Source of the DNA: Sphagnum compactum
Lineage: Eukaryota
Length of the DNA stretch: 64,000 nt
Reading direction: 5' to 3'
Assembly: GCA_965153455.1 (NCBI GenBank)
Contig: OZ234493.1
Location: 31,486,213 to 31,550,212, forward strand
Shown: in pieces, positions 1-14,551 of the stretch
How the letters are laid out: the number at the start of each line of letters is the position of its first letter
How positions within the stretch are numbered: position 1 is the first letter of the stretch
Position numbers and translations under genes: made by a program
The notes under the pieces: model-generated
Seen by the model: the letters and a program-made list of their open reading frames with translations, nothing else
Database searches by the model: none
What the model was told of the DNA's origin: nothing

Positions 1-299
1 ATTTCTCCTTCATGATCAACTTATTGTTTGTAATCATAGTCATCTTACAAAATGAACATTGCAAATCCAAAACATAGCCATCAAGCATAGCTTTCATCCA
101 CATCCCATCATTTCCCATTGTGCAAAAGATGCAATAGGTATATTTGATGATAGTCATGTGTTGATGAAAATTATCCTTAGCATTAATGGGATGATTAGCC
201 CAAAAATTAGGGTAGATTACACCCAATGTTAACATAAACTCATGATTTGGAATTTTTCCTTGTTGCTCTTGGACTAGAATTTTTGTAGATTCTTTGCAC

Positions 300-2060
300 T
301 CCATTTTCACATAATCCATCACCAATGGGAAATATGGCCTCAAAATTGAGTTCCTCACCATTTAAATATGTGCACTATCCCATTAGCAAATTGTTACTAG
401 TGAGTGTTTCAAGAGCCTTTAACTCACTTAAAATTCGGTCATCAAATTTAATATATGGATCAAAACAAAGTTGATAAAGTCAAAGTTAACACATCTTCAC
501 CATATCAATGAAGTCACATATAAACACATCACAAGACTATGCCAACTTGATGATTGTATGCACACAATCCAAAAGTGACATAATCGCATGTAACCCCCAA
601 ATGATTTCCAAATTGTAAGGGAGGCTCAAATTGTCATTACTAGTGTTATTCCTTGGTGCCAAATGTGCATCTTTGCAATCAAATGTTAATATTGTTCCAT
701 GACACACGTCATAGGAAATAACACACAAACCCATTGCATCTTCACATTTTTTAGCAATTTGTTTATTTTTTTGGTGAGCACATCATAAAACTTTTGATAT
801 TCAAGAAACCTATTGGGTGAAAGAGAAAAATTCATACAAAGCTTCCAAACATGGTAGTAGAAATTCCAAGCAAACCACCAAACTTAGTTTCAATAGGACC
901 AACACAACTAAGTTGGTTTGATGAATAAAGTAATGCATTTTGATCATGAATGGAACCACAATCTCTGTCATTTGAGTGCTCACACCAACTTGTGAACCCT
1001 TTAACACATTACTACTATGGTAGCCCATTGAGATCAACTTGCTTCCTAATTCTTTAAAGCGCTCACTCCACCAAATGTTGCCAAAGCTTTGAACATGAAA
1101 TTAAACATGTTATTAATTATACCCTACACATCAACCTTCTCCACACAAATATTTAGAAGTGGGATCCTTTTTCTAACTATGAACAACATACATATGAATG
1201 GAGATCCAAGAGGTGTTGTCTGTCATAATGACCTTATCCACACTCATGAATACAAAATTTCCAACAAGGATTACAGTTTGAATGGATTGTACAACAAATC
1301 ATTCATGGATTGAACAATATGTTAACCCATCAAATCACTCCAATGTTTTTTATTGTGTGCCTAAACTTGAATAAAAAGAACAAAATTTTCAAACCCTTGA
1401 AATATGTCACCAATTGACCTATAAACATCATGATAGATGGTAGCAAACTAGGCATATTTTTGCATCTTCTTTTAGGGAACTTTTGTTACAACAAGGTCCA
1501 CAATGGAAGGGTGTTCATTAGTAATAAAAATCTTCTCATTGTGTGCATGCATGCTATTTTTATTAAAGTAAAAAATCAATTTCAACCCCTAGACTTGCAA
1601 CCTTAGCCTTACACCTACCTACATGCTTAAATAAGCTATCAAGTTAAATAACTTTTTTTTTTCTTTGCCTTCAACCTTTGAACAAATTGCACAACAAACT
1701 TGATGAACATTACCTCTAGTGTTTATTAAAAAATTTGCCCCAAAGAAGGCACATTACTTAACAATCTTAGAAATGTTTAACACCTTCATGATCTTGTTTT
1801 TTTCACTACAAGGCTTGAACCTAAAAAATCATTTGATGACATCATTACAATTTTGAAAGCTTATAGAACTTCAAAAGCTTGCAAATTAGGATTGATTTGG
1901 TGAGATATAAAAAGGAAAATTGGCCTAAACCTAAAGTTTTTAAGAATGAACAAAGGAGGCATAATGGATCATTTGAATGAAAAAGAAAACAAAAGATATA
2001 ACAATATTCAAAAATTGCAAAATGTAAGGTTGTAGAGTAATGAAAAAAATCATGCAAACT
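300..2060 (-). mobile_element. Degenerate hAT-superfamily (ZNF862-like) transposase relic; boundaries approximate
   Basis: Frameshifted minus-strand fragments: MGYHSSNVLKGSQVGVSTQM..VPFMIKMHYFIHQTNLVV (resembles the DG..GV..HCxAH region), ..NRFLEYQKFYDVLTKKINKLLKNVKMQW (TRW-like motif) and LEIIWGLHAIMSLLDCVHTIIKLA. Many stop codons. Confidence 0.6.
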
Positions 2061-4319
2061 TGAAAAGAATAGAAAAAGCTAAATCACAATTCAAACTTAC
2101 AAAAAAGAAAGTCTAGAGCTAAAAGTTCATAGTTAATGTCCAAACTTGTGTTATGAGTTGTGACCTAACCAAGTAGCAACAAAAGAATAACAATGGCAAC
2201 ATAGTATGGAAGAGTGGAATAAGGAAGGTGACAAGGAATAGTAGAATGGAACTTAGGTGGCAAAAACCTCTTGAGTGTTTTGAAATTGAATGGCAATGGA
2301 ATGTGACAAAAATGTGGTGACATTGTTACATTGTACTTTGGAGCCATAGTTTTTGGTATTTTATTTTTTTCTTGCATGCATGTTGCATGGTGGATTTTTG
2401 GGTCACTATTTCGTGATTTTTCACCATGAAAAAATGATGATACAAATATTCATAGATACATGGATGAAACATCTTCAAATAAGCATTTGGAATAAATTGG
2501 ACTTTAATTTTCTTCTACATTCATTTTCCTTCAAATACAAAAAGATTCGAAAAATTGAAATTCAATTTTTGGACATTTTGGTAGTAGTTATGAATGTTTT
2601 AAAAATTGAGTTCTATGTTGTTGTGAATTACCAGTGATGATCAACAAAAAAAAATCTTATTTTTTCATATAGTTTTCAATAATTCATCATTATTATTTAA
2701 ATGTTTAATTTAATTTAAATTAACGTACATTTCATCATGAAAAGACACATGTTAATTTGATTTTTCATATCCAAGTTGGTGGATAAGGAAAAAGAATGAC
2801 GTAGTTATAAAATGGAGGTAGTTATTAAGAGGGTCGGGAGATAGTTATTGAAAAAGTTAATAGGAAAAAATAATAATAATAAATGAAATAGTTAGGCTTG
2901 AAAATGAGGTAGAATTTTATGAAAGTGCCTTTGAAATGGTTCATGGACAACCCTCGAAGGATTCCAAAAAATCTTCCATATACCAATTTCAATTACTTGT
3001 CATTATAATTTTTTGTAGAAGCTTCTTGAATTGTGAAAAATCTCCTTTCAAATTTGTGGGTGTAGCCTAGTTTTTAGCCAAGTTTTTATTGGTGATATTT
3101 TTCCAAAAGAAAAATTCAAAATTTTAATTAAAAAAAGAATTTATTTACAGGGTTTTCAATCATAAAAAGCAATGGAAAAAATAATAAAAATCATCAAATT
3201 TCTAGATTTGGTTTTGGGTGTGTAGCCAAATATATAGAAGGACAATTAAAATTTTGTATTTCAAATTTAGTTTATAACTATATTTCGCTAAATCCTCGTG
3301 AGGATGATCACCACTTTTTATACATCTTCCTATGGATGATCGCCATCTTGGCTACAAACAATTTTTAAAAAAAAGACATTGATGTAGGCCTTCAAATCCT
3401 CAATGGAGGACTTTTAATATCATCAAATAAGGACTTTAATACTTTGAAAAAAATCTATTTCAATATGGTCAAATGAAATTTCAATATTGAGGTCACATGT
3501 GCCCAGTTGTGATCTTAATATTGAGCTCATTGTGCACAATTTGAGATCCTAAGAATGCTTTTGATTAGTTTTTAATCAAATTGAACAATTATAAAGGTTT
3601 ATATTGGGTCTTGGTTTAAAGCTCTTTCACAATTTTAGGTGCTTTTACTTTAGAACGAAATTTCCATCAAACCAATTTTTTAATTAGTGTTATTTATTAG
3701 TTTATTCATCAATTTTGTGATGCAGTTGCCACATTATTCAAGTGGAATTAACCAAATTTGGTTGCATGTCAAAGAGGAAACTAGAAGTTTTTAAGAATTG
3801 TTCTATATTTTGGCAACATGTTGGAATGTCTTGTCGAAATATGGCCATTTAAGAAAAAAAATTCTTCAAAATCTAGTATGTAACCAATTGGATCAATTCA
3901 TTCTAGATTGCCTTTCTTATAAGCTATCATAACCTTTTGGTGTGTTTTTCATCACAAACAAACTTCACATTTTTCCATAACAGATCCATCCCAAGTCCCA
4001 AATTGAAACATAGGTAAGCATTGGCACAACATCCCAGGATGACACCAACAAATTTCAGAACCCAATCCCTTGGCAATTCACAAATTTTTCTTAGAAACCC
4101 AAAATTTCTTTCCCTTGAAATAGGCATACAACTCAAAGTTCTCAGTCCCTGAGGTAGAAAACAAGTTGGAGTTAGAATTTTGACCGTAAAAGTCCACAAA
4201 TGGTTTACATGATCACCATCCTCAAATATTGGGAATGGTTAATTGTAAATTGTGCTATAAATGTTACAAAGTCAGTTTTTTTAGGATTTTACATATTTGA
4301 AAGAGAAAGGTTGAGAAAC

Positions 4320-4850
4320 GATTACATCAAATTTTATAAGTCATACACATGTACGACAATGCAAACCAAGGCATGGACAATAAATTTTTTATTTAAAAAC
4401 TTCTTATTGTTTTTCAATAGGTTTGTTCTAAGTGGCATTTCATAATCTAATCGTCATTTATTGATTTTGGATGGGCATGGTTCACATGTAACATTAAAAA
4501 CTATAGAATAGGCATAGGAATTTGAGTTAAACATGGTTATTTTGTTGTCTCATACCTAACATGCACTCCAACCCTTTAAATGTCTTTTGTTTCGAACCAT
4601 TCAAGATTGCATTTAAGAAGAAAAAGATGTAACCATGGCTAAGAGCAAATTCAATGAACTTGACAAATTTTTTTTTGTTAGATCCTTGGATCAATCATTG
4701 ATTAAACAAACCATCAAGGTGGGGTTTAGGGTTATAAGAATATGGCCTTTCAACCCTAAAATTATGGATGAAAAAATCAAACTAGCAAACCTAGGAATTT
4801 GTTACAAAGTTAATCAACATAACATGAATAACTATGGAATTAACCATTGA
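4320..4850 (+). mobile_element. Pogo/Fot1-like DDE_1 transposase relic (pseudogene)
   Basis: From ~4452 the + strand reads RHLLILDGHGSHVTLKTIE*A*EFELNMVILLSHT*HALQP. This is the LILDGHxSH...PxHTSHxLQPLD signature of DDE_1 endonucleases, interrupted by stops. It is followed by IKVGFRVIRIWPFNPKIMD. Confidence 0.75.
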
Positions 4851-5559
4851 TTACTACCATGAGGAGCCTAAACATCAATATTATGTAGAAATGTCTTGCA
4901 ACCTTATTGTGACAAATAATGTTAAAGAAGAACATGCAATCAATCTAGACTATCCAAGTTATAATCTACAACAAGTCAAGGCTTTGACAAACTTCACCTA
5001 AGAGGCATTGAGCTTCCACAACCTTCTTTCACTACCCCATTTTCTTGCAAGACAAATAACATGTAAAGAGTCGTTAGTAGATATTCATAATCACGTTGTG
5101 ACGTATGTTGAATATTTATCTATCTTGTTAGAAGAAAGTTATGGAGAAGGCAACATAAAAACAAATTAGAAAAAGAAGGTGAAAGGAGAGGAGGGTAAAC
5201 ATGCTAAGAAATCAACAAATGTTGTGGTTGAAACAAGGTGAACAACATAAAAAAAAGATTAGTTAAGGCATTATTTGCATTAGCTTGGTTTGCATCAATG
5301 GTAAAGGAAGTAGGTGAATTCTTTCATTAGAATGTTCAAGCAAGCTTGCAAATAACATTATATTTTGGATGCATAGTTATAAATGCTGATAACACATTAA
5401 TAATAGTTTACAAGAACCTAGGGAAGTTAGAAAAGGAACAATGGATAGAATGTGAATGTGCAGGCATGTTGTAACAAGGCTACATTTTTTAGCAATCAAT
5501 TAAATGTACATGGGTTGGAAGGGGCAAAGAGAGGATCAAATTTAGATGATTCAAGTGCA

Positions 5560-6075
5560 TTAATAACACCAAGAGAAAAGTTTTCAATCATCATGATCAC
5601 CACTGGCCAAGAAGAGGATGATCAACACAAGCAGTGCATTAACAACACCAAAGAAAAGGTTATGAACGTCACGATCACGACCAACTAGAAAATGGATGAT
5701 CAACACAAGAAGTGCATCAGCAACACCAAGAGAGGAGCTCATGAACATCATGATCACCATACACTAGGAAAAGGACCATTAACATAAGGATTGCATCAAC
5801 AACACCAAGAAAATAATTCATGAACAACATGATCACCATTGATTATGGAGAGGATGATCAATATAGAAAGTGATCAGTAGCACCAAGAAAAGATGAACAT
5901 CATGTTCATGAAGAGGACAATCAACATACGTAATGCATCAGTAACACCAACAAAAGAGGTCATGAACATCACAATCAATACCGATTAAGAAGAGGACCAT
6001 CAACATAGGAAGTGCATCAACATCGCCAGGAGAAAAGCTTTCAAGAATCATAACCTTCCATGACCATCATGATCA
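5560..6075. repeat. Degenerate tandem repeat, ~75 bp unit, ~6-7 copies
   Basis: Recurring GAGGATGATCAACA..AAGTGCATCAACAACACCAAGA..TCATGAACATCATGATCAC at roughly 75-bp spacing. Confidence 0.7.
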
Positions 6076-8369
6076 CTTTTCAAAAGAAGGAGGGAAATGC
6101 TTGAAATTTTTCTTATGAACAAGACCAAGGAAAGCAAGAGGATAAGAGTAGAACAAAACGAGCTTCACACCCACAAACTTCCAATTGGCCCATGCGTGTG
6201 CAAGGGGTTAGGGTTCATAGAACCCTCAAACACCCATAACCATCAATCTTATATAATATTATTTTTAGAAAAATCTTGGCCACACACACATGTGAATGTT
6301 AATCCATGAAGGATGTTCATCCACTTGCAAAAAAAAAGGGAAAAACCTGATAGTATGTGCAGTTTGGGGGATATTAGGGTTCTTTCCCTCTCTATTTGCT
6401 AGTGTTAGGCGGTTCTCTCTTTTGCAAAGAAAGAACCAAAAGGTAAGGGTCGGGTATATCACACCCTTGGCCGGGGGTTCCCATGTAATCCAGAACTGGC
6501 AGTTGTGAAAATTCCAAACATCGACAATTTTATTTATCAAAGGGGGTTGGTTCTCATTTTAATTTATACCAGGGTTATTTTATTTTACTATTATTATTAT
6601 TATTTTCTTCTTCAAGTTTCTGTTTTCGTGGCTAACATCTCGAGAGGGATGTAACATTAAATGGCAACCAGTCTTTAGGAATTTGTTTCAAAATAAAAAT
6701 AAAATAAAATCCTTCTATAGTTTGATTATCTACTATAGTCAAGAATGAAAAATGTGATAAACGGGACCCAAAACTGAATTTTTTTCGATGAATGTTTTTT
6801 TTTAAAAAAAATTAAAAAAAAACTTATGACACAATATTCCTTTTTTCCCAAAAAAAAAATCACATTGCCAAACACCTTATTATTCACCCGTACTTGTAAA
6901 ATTTTGGGGAAATCTTGATAGTGAGTGAGCACCGATTTGTTTTTCTTTTTTTAATTTTGTGATATTGCTCAAGTAGGCAATCATCCATAAAAGAATATTT
7001 AGCCAAATTTTGGCAATATTCAAAATATGAAAGTAGAAAAATCTCAAGCACCCTTTCATGTATGTAGTAGTAGCCAAGTTATGGAAAATTTTGGCAACTT
7101 TCTTTTCTTAAAAAAAACTGTGAATTTCACAAAATGACCAAAATTTGTCACCCAAAAAAAAAACAAAGTCATTAATTAAGCCAAGTGAGGACCTCTCAAC
7201 AACTAGATCAACATGTTTCTGTTTGGATTTGATCTCTAATAATGTGGGTGTTGGGTGTTCTTGGATCTGCTGTTTGTTTTGGGGAAAATTTCCCTGACTT
7301 GGTGCAATAGATTATACATCACATCTGTTTTCCATCCATTTTTAGGCAATTGGGGGGTGCCAGGTTTTTTGCTTCACAAGCTCTTTGACATAGTCCCCAA
7401 TGCCAAGTTTAGCACTTTATTTATTATATATATGTGTAATGTGGGTCTTGGTGCTTCATAAGCCCCTTTGACACAATCCTCAAATCCTTAAATAATTATA
7501 ATTATAATTATTTCATCATGAGAAAAAAAACAGCACCATGTGAGAAGACTAAAAAGCAATGGGAGAAAAATAATAACAACATGAAGAAGAGTAGCAGCCC
7601 CATGGGAGAAGAACAACAAGAAGAGCCAACAACAACTGATACATGGACTCTAAGAACTGAATCTAAGTTCTATGAGAGAACCTGTCCAGTTCTCCATATA
7701 TAAATTTGAATCAATTTTCATGACCAATTCTCATTCATGTGAGAATCTGAGATTGGTTTTCAATTCGATTCTCTCATGTAAAAGTGTCAATCGATTCTCA
7801 TTGTGCAAATCGAATTGTGAGTTGGGTTAAGAACCGCCCAACACTGGTAAAAATTAAAAACCTTGCCCTACTTTTCAAAGAACGTGCAATTCCACTGTCG
7901 AAGAAGAAGATTGTTGAACATGTCACCTCAGACCTTAATGTCATGGAATGGTCGTGCACTTACCCATTTATGTTGGGTGCATCGCCAAGCTCCTCACCCT
8001 TTATGGGCTTGATTGGCATGTTACGTAGCATAATGGGCAGGTAGGTGCTTGACCATTCCCCATAATACATGATTAGAGAGCACCAAACTACATTACAATT
8101 ATCAAGTGCTAAACTTTCAATGTTTATTATAGCCAATTACTCGATGGGAAATTATGTTTGATATCTATGTGATGCAAATTGGACCAAGACATTTCCATCG
8201 AACTTGCTACGAGTGTTGTACGAAAAATTGGATGCCCATGCATCTTATTAGAGAATTGCAAGATGATCAAACCCCATAGATTTTACCAAATTGCAAAAGC
8301 CAAAGAAAACCCAATGCTCATTTCATGCTAGTGAGTTGCAACTAGGGTGAACCGCCACCATCGCCTTAG

Positions 8370-9105
8370 TCTTGTTCTTTTGTGTCTTGTGTGGTCATGT
8401 TTTCCTAGTGCAGGACGTTATGCTCGCCTCTTGGAACTTGAAAGGACTTGTTTCGTTGTGTCTTATTTGGTTGTTTTTGCTAGTGCAGGACGTTACGCTC
8501 CCCTCATGGAACTTCAAAGGACTTGTTCTTTTGTGTCCTGTATGGTCATGTATTGTAGTGCAGGACGTTATACCCTGCTCATCAATCTTCAAAGGACTTG
8601 TTCTTTTGTGTCCTATATGGTCATGTTTTGCTAGTGCAGGACGTTATACTCGCACCCCCCCAATTGAACTCCAAAGGACTTTTGTTCTTTTGTTTCTTGT
8701 GTGGTCATGCTTTGCTAGTGCAGGACGTTATGCTCGCCTCTTGGAACTTGAAAGGACTTGTTTCATTGTGTCTTACATGGTTGTGTTTTGCTAGTGCAGG
8801 ACGTTATGCTCCCCTCATGGAAACTTCAAAGGACTTGTTCTTTTGTGTCCTGTATGGTCATGTTTTGTAGTGCAGGACGTTGTCCCCCCCCTCATCAATC
8901 TTCAAAGGACTTGTTCTTTTGTGTCCTGTATGGTCATGTTTTGCTAGTGCAGGACGTTGTCCCCTGCCCTCATCAATCTTCAAAGGAATTGTTCTTTTGT
9001 GTCCTGTATGGTCATGTTTTGCTAGTGCAGGACGTTATACTCCCACCCCCCCAGTTGAACTCCAAAGGACTTGTTTTTTTGTGTCCTGTATGTTCATGTT
9101 TTGCA
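8370..9105. repeat. Minisatellite, ~76 bp unit, 9 full copies plus a partial, with higher-order structure
   Basis: AGTGCAGGACGTT begins at 8407, 8482, 8557, 8633, 8717, 8793, 8869, 8946 and 9024. Each is followed by a variable core and a conserved AAAGGACTTG..TGTGTC..TGGTCATGTTTTG. Confidence 0.95.
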
Positions 9106-10262
9106 TCATGCGATTCATGTTCTGATGTTCTGCGCAGAACAAAAAAATTTAACATGTTACCGAAGGAACATCGCCAGAATCGCAGCAAATAATTGGAGGC
9201 GGGTCCCAAACTTGGCACAGACACAGAGAGAGAGAGAGAGAGAGAGAGAGGCGCACTTTCCCACCCTCTTTACGCCCCGTACCAAGAGCCGGGCGGGCGG
9301 TCCCAGCCCACCGTCCCCCGGGGATAATTGACAAGACCGACGGATCGTTTCAGAAGACACTGATGTACTGCAAGGAACCGGAGGGTAGGAAACTCAAGGA
9401 CCGGAGGGTAATTCCACGGACTGCGTCGCCTTCCTTTCGCCAGGACAAAAGCTCTCGCCTTTTTCCCTCTCTGCGAAGAAGACGAAGAAGAAGAAGCTCT
9501 TGCTTACGCCTTGTGCCTTCCTTCGACTCTCTCTTTCTCTCTCGTGTTTCTTCCCCTTTTTTTCTAGATCTGAGAAGAAGAGACTAGCGTGTTGTGTGGC
9601 ATTATCCAGATCGCTGTGTGTGCAAGGAGCTTCTCGGCAAGTGAGGAATATTTTTTTATAGTGGTGTTTTTTGTGCATCGGAAGAAGAAGAAGAAGAAGA
9701 AGAAGAAAAGCAGCGTGCAGCAGCAGCAGCAGCGAGGCGCCGCGGGTACGTAGCTGCAATTTTCTTCTATCTCAGATCTGTGACCCATCTCTGCAGATCT
9801 CGGTTGAGTCTTTTTTGATGTAGGTGCTTGGGGTCTGTTGCATAGGAGTCGCTGAAATTTTTGTCAGCTGGTAAGTGACAACCCCGCCTCCCACCCTGTT
9901 TGCCAAGAAGATCATGGATGATTCTGGTGTCAGTAGTTTTGTATGGAGAATGAACAAGCGCTAGTTCTTCTTTTGTTTCTGGTTCTGGAATGCGAAATGT
10001 CGTGATTTTTAGCAATTTAGAAAGCTCTAGAATATTGAAAACCAGATCGCTTTTGGGAAAATATTAGACGCTCGATCCCGGGAGCAGCAGCTGCTGGAAT
10101 CATGCATGGGTGTTGCAGGAATAGGGCTCAGATCTTAGATCTTGTACAGTTTTCTCGGCAGCTGAAAGTTTTGCACATGTTTTGTATTTGCCAGATCGAG
10201 TATAACTTTGCAGCTCGCATTTGATCATCCGCTTCTTCTTTCTTCTTCTTCGAGACCACAAA

Positions 10263-11740
10263 ATGGTTGCAACAGTGAACGGATCAAGCCACCCAGCAGC
10301 CACAGAAGAGTACAAGTTCCTGATCTATGGAAAGACAGGATGGATTGGAGGATTGTTAGGAAAGCTCTGTGCAGATCAAGGAATAAGCTATGAGTATGGA
10401 GCTGGTAGACTGGAGAACAGAGCGCAGCTACAAGAAGACATAGCTCGAGTGAAGCCCACCCATGTGTTCAATGCTGCAGGAGTGACAGGACGCCCTAATG
10501 TGGACTGGTGCGAGACGCACAAAGTGGAGACCATTCGAGCCAATGTGATTGGTACTCTCACTCTCGCAGATGTGTGCAAGCAGCACAACCTCCTCTTGGT
10601 CAACTATGCCACCGGCTGCATCTTCGAGTATGATCATGCTCATCCCCTTGGGACCGGCATCGGGTTCAAGGAAGAAGACACTCCCAATTTCCATGGTTCT
10701 TACTACTCCAAGACCAAGGCCATGGTGAGTGAGAAACTTATATCACTACTCCATCCACGATTAGTCCTATACAACTGACTACACATGGCGTAAACAATGA
10801 CTAAAAAGGTATAAGCAATGGGTCTGATTCGATTACAATAAAAAACGGACCAGTCATAAAAACCATGATGGCATAGTGTTAGCTGCATTCTTCCCCTTTG
10901 ATATCCTCCTCCCTCTTTCCTCCCAAAAATGTCAGAAGCAACGGGTTTGATTTTACTACAATTACAAAAGGACCAGTCATGAAAATGATGTTCTGTCATA
11001 GTGTTAGCTACATTCTTCCCCTTTGATCTCCTTCTTCCTCCTTCCTCCACAAAATGGTACAAGTGATGGGTTCGACTTGACTACAATAACAAAAGGACAG
11101 TTGTAAAAACCAAGTTTTTGCATATTGTTAGTTGCATTCTTCCCCTTTGATCTCCTCCTTTGTCCAAGGTAGTGTACAATCTGAAGAAGAAGTCAATGGT
11201 GATGTTTTTGTGTACTTTGTTGCGGTTTGCAAAGTTATATATGAAGTAGTGGGTCTTGGGGATGATGGTGGTGGTGGCTTGTTGCAGGTGGAGGAGCTCT
11301 TGAAGGAGTTTGATAATGTGTGTACATTGCGAGTGCGGATGCCGATCACAGGAGACCTTACAACTCCCCGCAATTTCATCACCAAGATTACGCGGTACGA
11401 GAAGGTGGTTAACATCCCCAACTCAATGACCATCCTGGATGAGCTGCTGCCCATCTCAATCGAGATGGCCAAGCGCAACCTGCGTGGCATTTGGAACTTC
11501 ACAAACCCTGGAGTTGTGAGCCACAACGAGATCCTGGAGATGTACAAGAAGTATGTGGATCCAAGCTTCACGTACAAGAACTTCACTCTTGAGGAGCAAG
11601 CCAAGGTGATTGTTGCCGCTCGCAGCAACAATGAGCTCGATGCCAGCAAGCTCCACAATGAGTTCCCTGAGATGTTATCCATCAAGGATTCTCTCATCAA
11701 GTATGTTTTTGAGCCCAACAAGAAAGTCAATACCTTCTGA
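10263..11740 (+). CDS. UER1: Nucleotide-rhamnose 3,5-epimerase/4-reductase (NRS/ER, UER1-like), 304 aa; exons 10263-10724, 11288-11740
   Basis: MVATVNG..KFLIYGKTGWIGG (GxxGxxG), AAGVTGRPNVDWCE, YSKTK (YxxxK), TLRVRMPI, SNNELDASKL. GT-AG intron 10725-11287 joins ..KAM|VEELL.. in frame. Confidence 0.95.
10813..11180. repeat. Three diverged ~124-bp tandem copies inside the UER1 intron
   Basis: Units start at ~10813, 10936 and 11061. Each has AAG..A.GGGT..GA..ACAAT..GGAC(C)AGT..GTTAG..CATTCTTCCCCTTTGAT. Confidence 0.85.
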
Positions 11741-14551
11741 GCTTCATCAAAGGCAGCAGCAGCTCAGGATGGACGCAGCAGCGCCATGGTTCCTATTTTT
11801 CTTTTTCTCCGCCTCATCACAAATCTGCATCTAATTAGGAGCAACAATCTGCACCAGTTGCACAGGACTCCAGCATTTGAATCCTCTTCTCCAAATGCAT
11901 CCGGACATTTTCTGGACATTCAATTGTTGATCATATTGAAAGACGTGATTTTGTGAGATTCTATCATGTATGCAATGCTCAACATCTCTCTCCCCTTGTA
12001 TCACATGTTGGTCATGGGTGGGGGAGATGGCAGGTTGAAGAATTAGGGGGGTACAAGGGGGGCGTAGTTATGAGCAAGAATCTGGTCAATATCTCTCTAT
12101 CTATTTGCTCAACAGGAATTGCACTTATGAATTGAGCTCATAAATGTGTCCTGTTGACATATTCTAATCTATTCTAGTTTTCAGAAGCTGCAGCAGTAGG
12201 GAGAATCAGAGATGGGTTTGAAATCTTTTTTATATAATGTTCACTGTAAAGCTTTCTAGTTGATTTGCCTTGAAAGCAAAACCACAAGATTGTATTTCCG
12301 CAGAGTTGAATAAATCTGTAGTTTTGGAAATCTAAACTTGGTTTGTTTCTTTCTTCAGGAGTGCTCCACTATTACATGGATAGTCTTGAAACCCATCTTG
12401 CCTCTCTTCTATCTCCCAAAAAGCATCTTGCTTCTTTTTACAGTAAAAGTTGCACAATTCTCATTCTTCTTAAAATGGCCAGATTGTACTGATCGGAGTG
12501 GATGATGTAACCAAGCATAAGTACTGGCAGAATCCTGGCATGTGTGTGTGCTCTTGTGTAAGAGGCTTACACCCACAAACACATACACACATATTTGCAA
12601 GGATTCTGTCAGTACTCGTATGCTAAAAGGTGGGCTTGCATTGGATGGTGTGATCAGAAATAGGTTGATGTACCAGCAGCAAGAGTAGCTCTGCAAGAGA
12701 TAACTTGTATGTGCATGGTTGGAATGCAAAGGGAGTGCACAGGAGGAGGCCTGGGTTCTAGTGCCACCTGTAAAAGACAATGCACAATTGCTAGTCTCAT
12801 TACTAGTTTTTCCATTTGGTTCTTTTGATCAGCATTGTTGTGAAAATGTGCCCCCTTAGGTCTTTCACTAATGCAGGAGAAGGACATGCTTTTCCAATAT
12901 GGGCCAAGAGGTGACAGAAAAGCCTGCAGCTGAAAGAGTTTACAGTACAGCAGTCTAGAGCACTGCTGGAAAACAGTTGATGAATAGGAAATTGTGGGCT
13001 TGCCTCCTGTATTTCAAGCAATTTGTAATGACCTTGAAGTCAGGCATTCTTCCCTTTTATGAAATGCCACTGCACAGAGTAGGCCCATAGCCCATACGCC
13101 TATATGACAGCTTCCTGCCTGTCTGGTGGAAAATTGTGTTTCTGTAATTTCCCACTGTATTGGCCTGCCTCAAGTCATCAGACCAAGGTAATGCCCTACA
13201 GTGAGTGGCCAACTGGGGTGAAAGAAATCTGGTCCTTGAAAAAAGTCCCAGCCAAAAGATAGGGGAAATCAAAGAGAGTAAATGGTCTGGAGATTGAGGA
13301 AGATGCACAAGGTGTGATGCAGAAGGTATCGCACAATTGTTGGGGGAATTCACCTGTGGTTGGCTGTCTAGCCATGACCCCAATGCTTGCTCCAACTTCT
13401 TAAGTATTAGCATAAATATACATTTGGTGTAAACCCCTCAGCATGGACTTGGCACGCTAACCCATTGAAACACACATGAACTTTCCCAAAAGTCAGAACA
13501 TTGGCTTCCAGGCATCACAGATCTGTTTGTACAACAGCAACTTCAATTTTATTATACAAGGAATGCATAACAACAGAAGAAATTGGGCTTTAGGCAAGAG
13601 AGAGCTCTCTCCTAAAGCATTACACAAAGAGATCTTGGCACTTTCCTGCAAAATCTTTGAGAGATCAGAGACTGGAAGGAATAATGTCCAATGAAAACCT
13701 TGTGCATTACACTAATTTGAAAGTCGAACTCTGAACATCTAACAGCAGAAAATTCAGAAAGTTTCCTACCCATTCTGAAATCCTGAGTAGATGAATTCTC
13801 ACTTCTTCTCATACTCCAGGATGCTTCAAGACTGAGAATTTCTTGGGGATCTTCAACAAATTTCAAGAGCCATATGTCATCAAATTTTGAGCGGACAAAA
13901 AGCTCATGATGAAAAGAAGAAGAAGATAGGCAAGGGCATCAATCACCAAAAAGAGTTTTCATCAGATTGTGTTGAAGATGATGAGCAGGTCTTCTAGTCT
14001 TCAGGAAATACCAAATTGGAAATGCAAGAGCTGGTGAAATTGAGAAAACCCAAGAAGAAACTGTCATGGCATTTGCTGAAAACTCTAATGGTATGTGTTG
14101 TGGCAATGGGGAACTTGGTCTACAACACAGAAATGGCATACTAGAAAACAGTTTGGTCATTACAGATTTGATTTACGGATTGTCAAGGAAATGATACAAC
14201 ATAGATGGAAGGTAACACAGCTTACTTTATTCAAAAGAAGCACTCCACAACACTCTGACAATGCTTATGCCACTTTCTATGAAGCTCAACAGAACTCATT
14301 TTGATCACTTTACATAAGTTTCACATGACTCATTCTCACTCTGGTCAAGAAGCATGTAACACACATGAAGATTACCAAAAAGGACCGTAAGATTAGACTC
14401 AATTTGGAAGCCAAAGGAAGTAAAACATAGCACTACTTCAGTTGTGAACGTTTACTATGAACATGGGTGTTGTCCTAGTGTTCATGAGAGACAGTTGGAA
14501 CAGAAAGCTGAGGATCAACAAAGAAATTCTAGGGTCACAGCTGGAGGACTA

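Noticed and set aside
8370..9105. CRISPR-like appearance (constant repeat plus variable core)
   Set aside because: The variable cores are homologous to each other and recur, the context is eukaryotic, and there are no cas genes. The overlapping Cys-rich ORFs are repeat translation artefacts.
12400..14440. Cluster of 70-120 aa ORFs between UER1 and the thioredoxin; a faint PPR-like phrase (EGFTPNVY) on the minus strand
   Set aside because: No coherent frame, splice pattern or recognisable domain. It could be an old pseudogene, but this is unsupported without a tBLASTx search.
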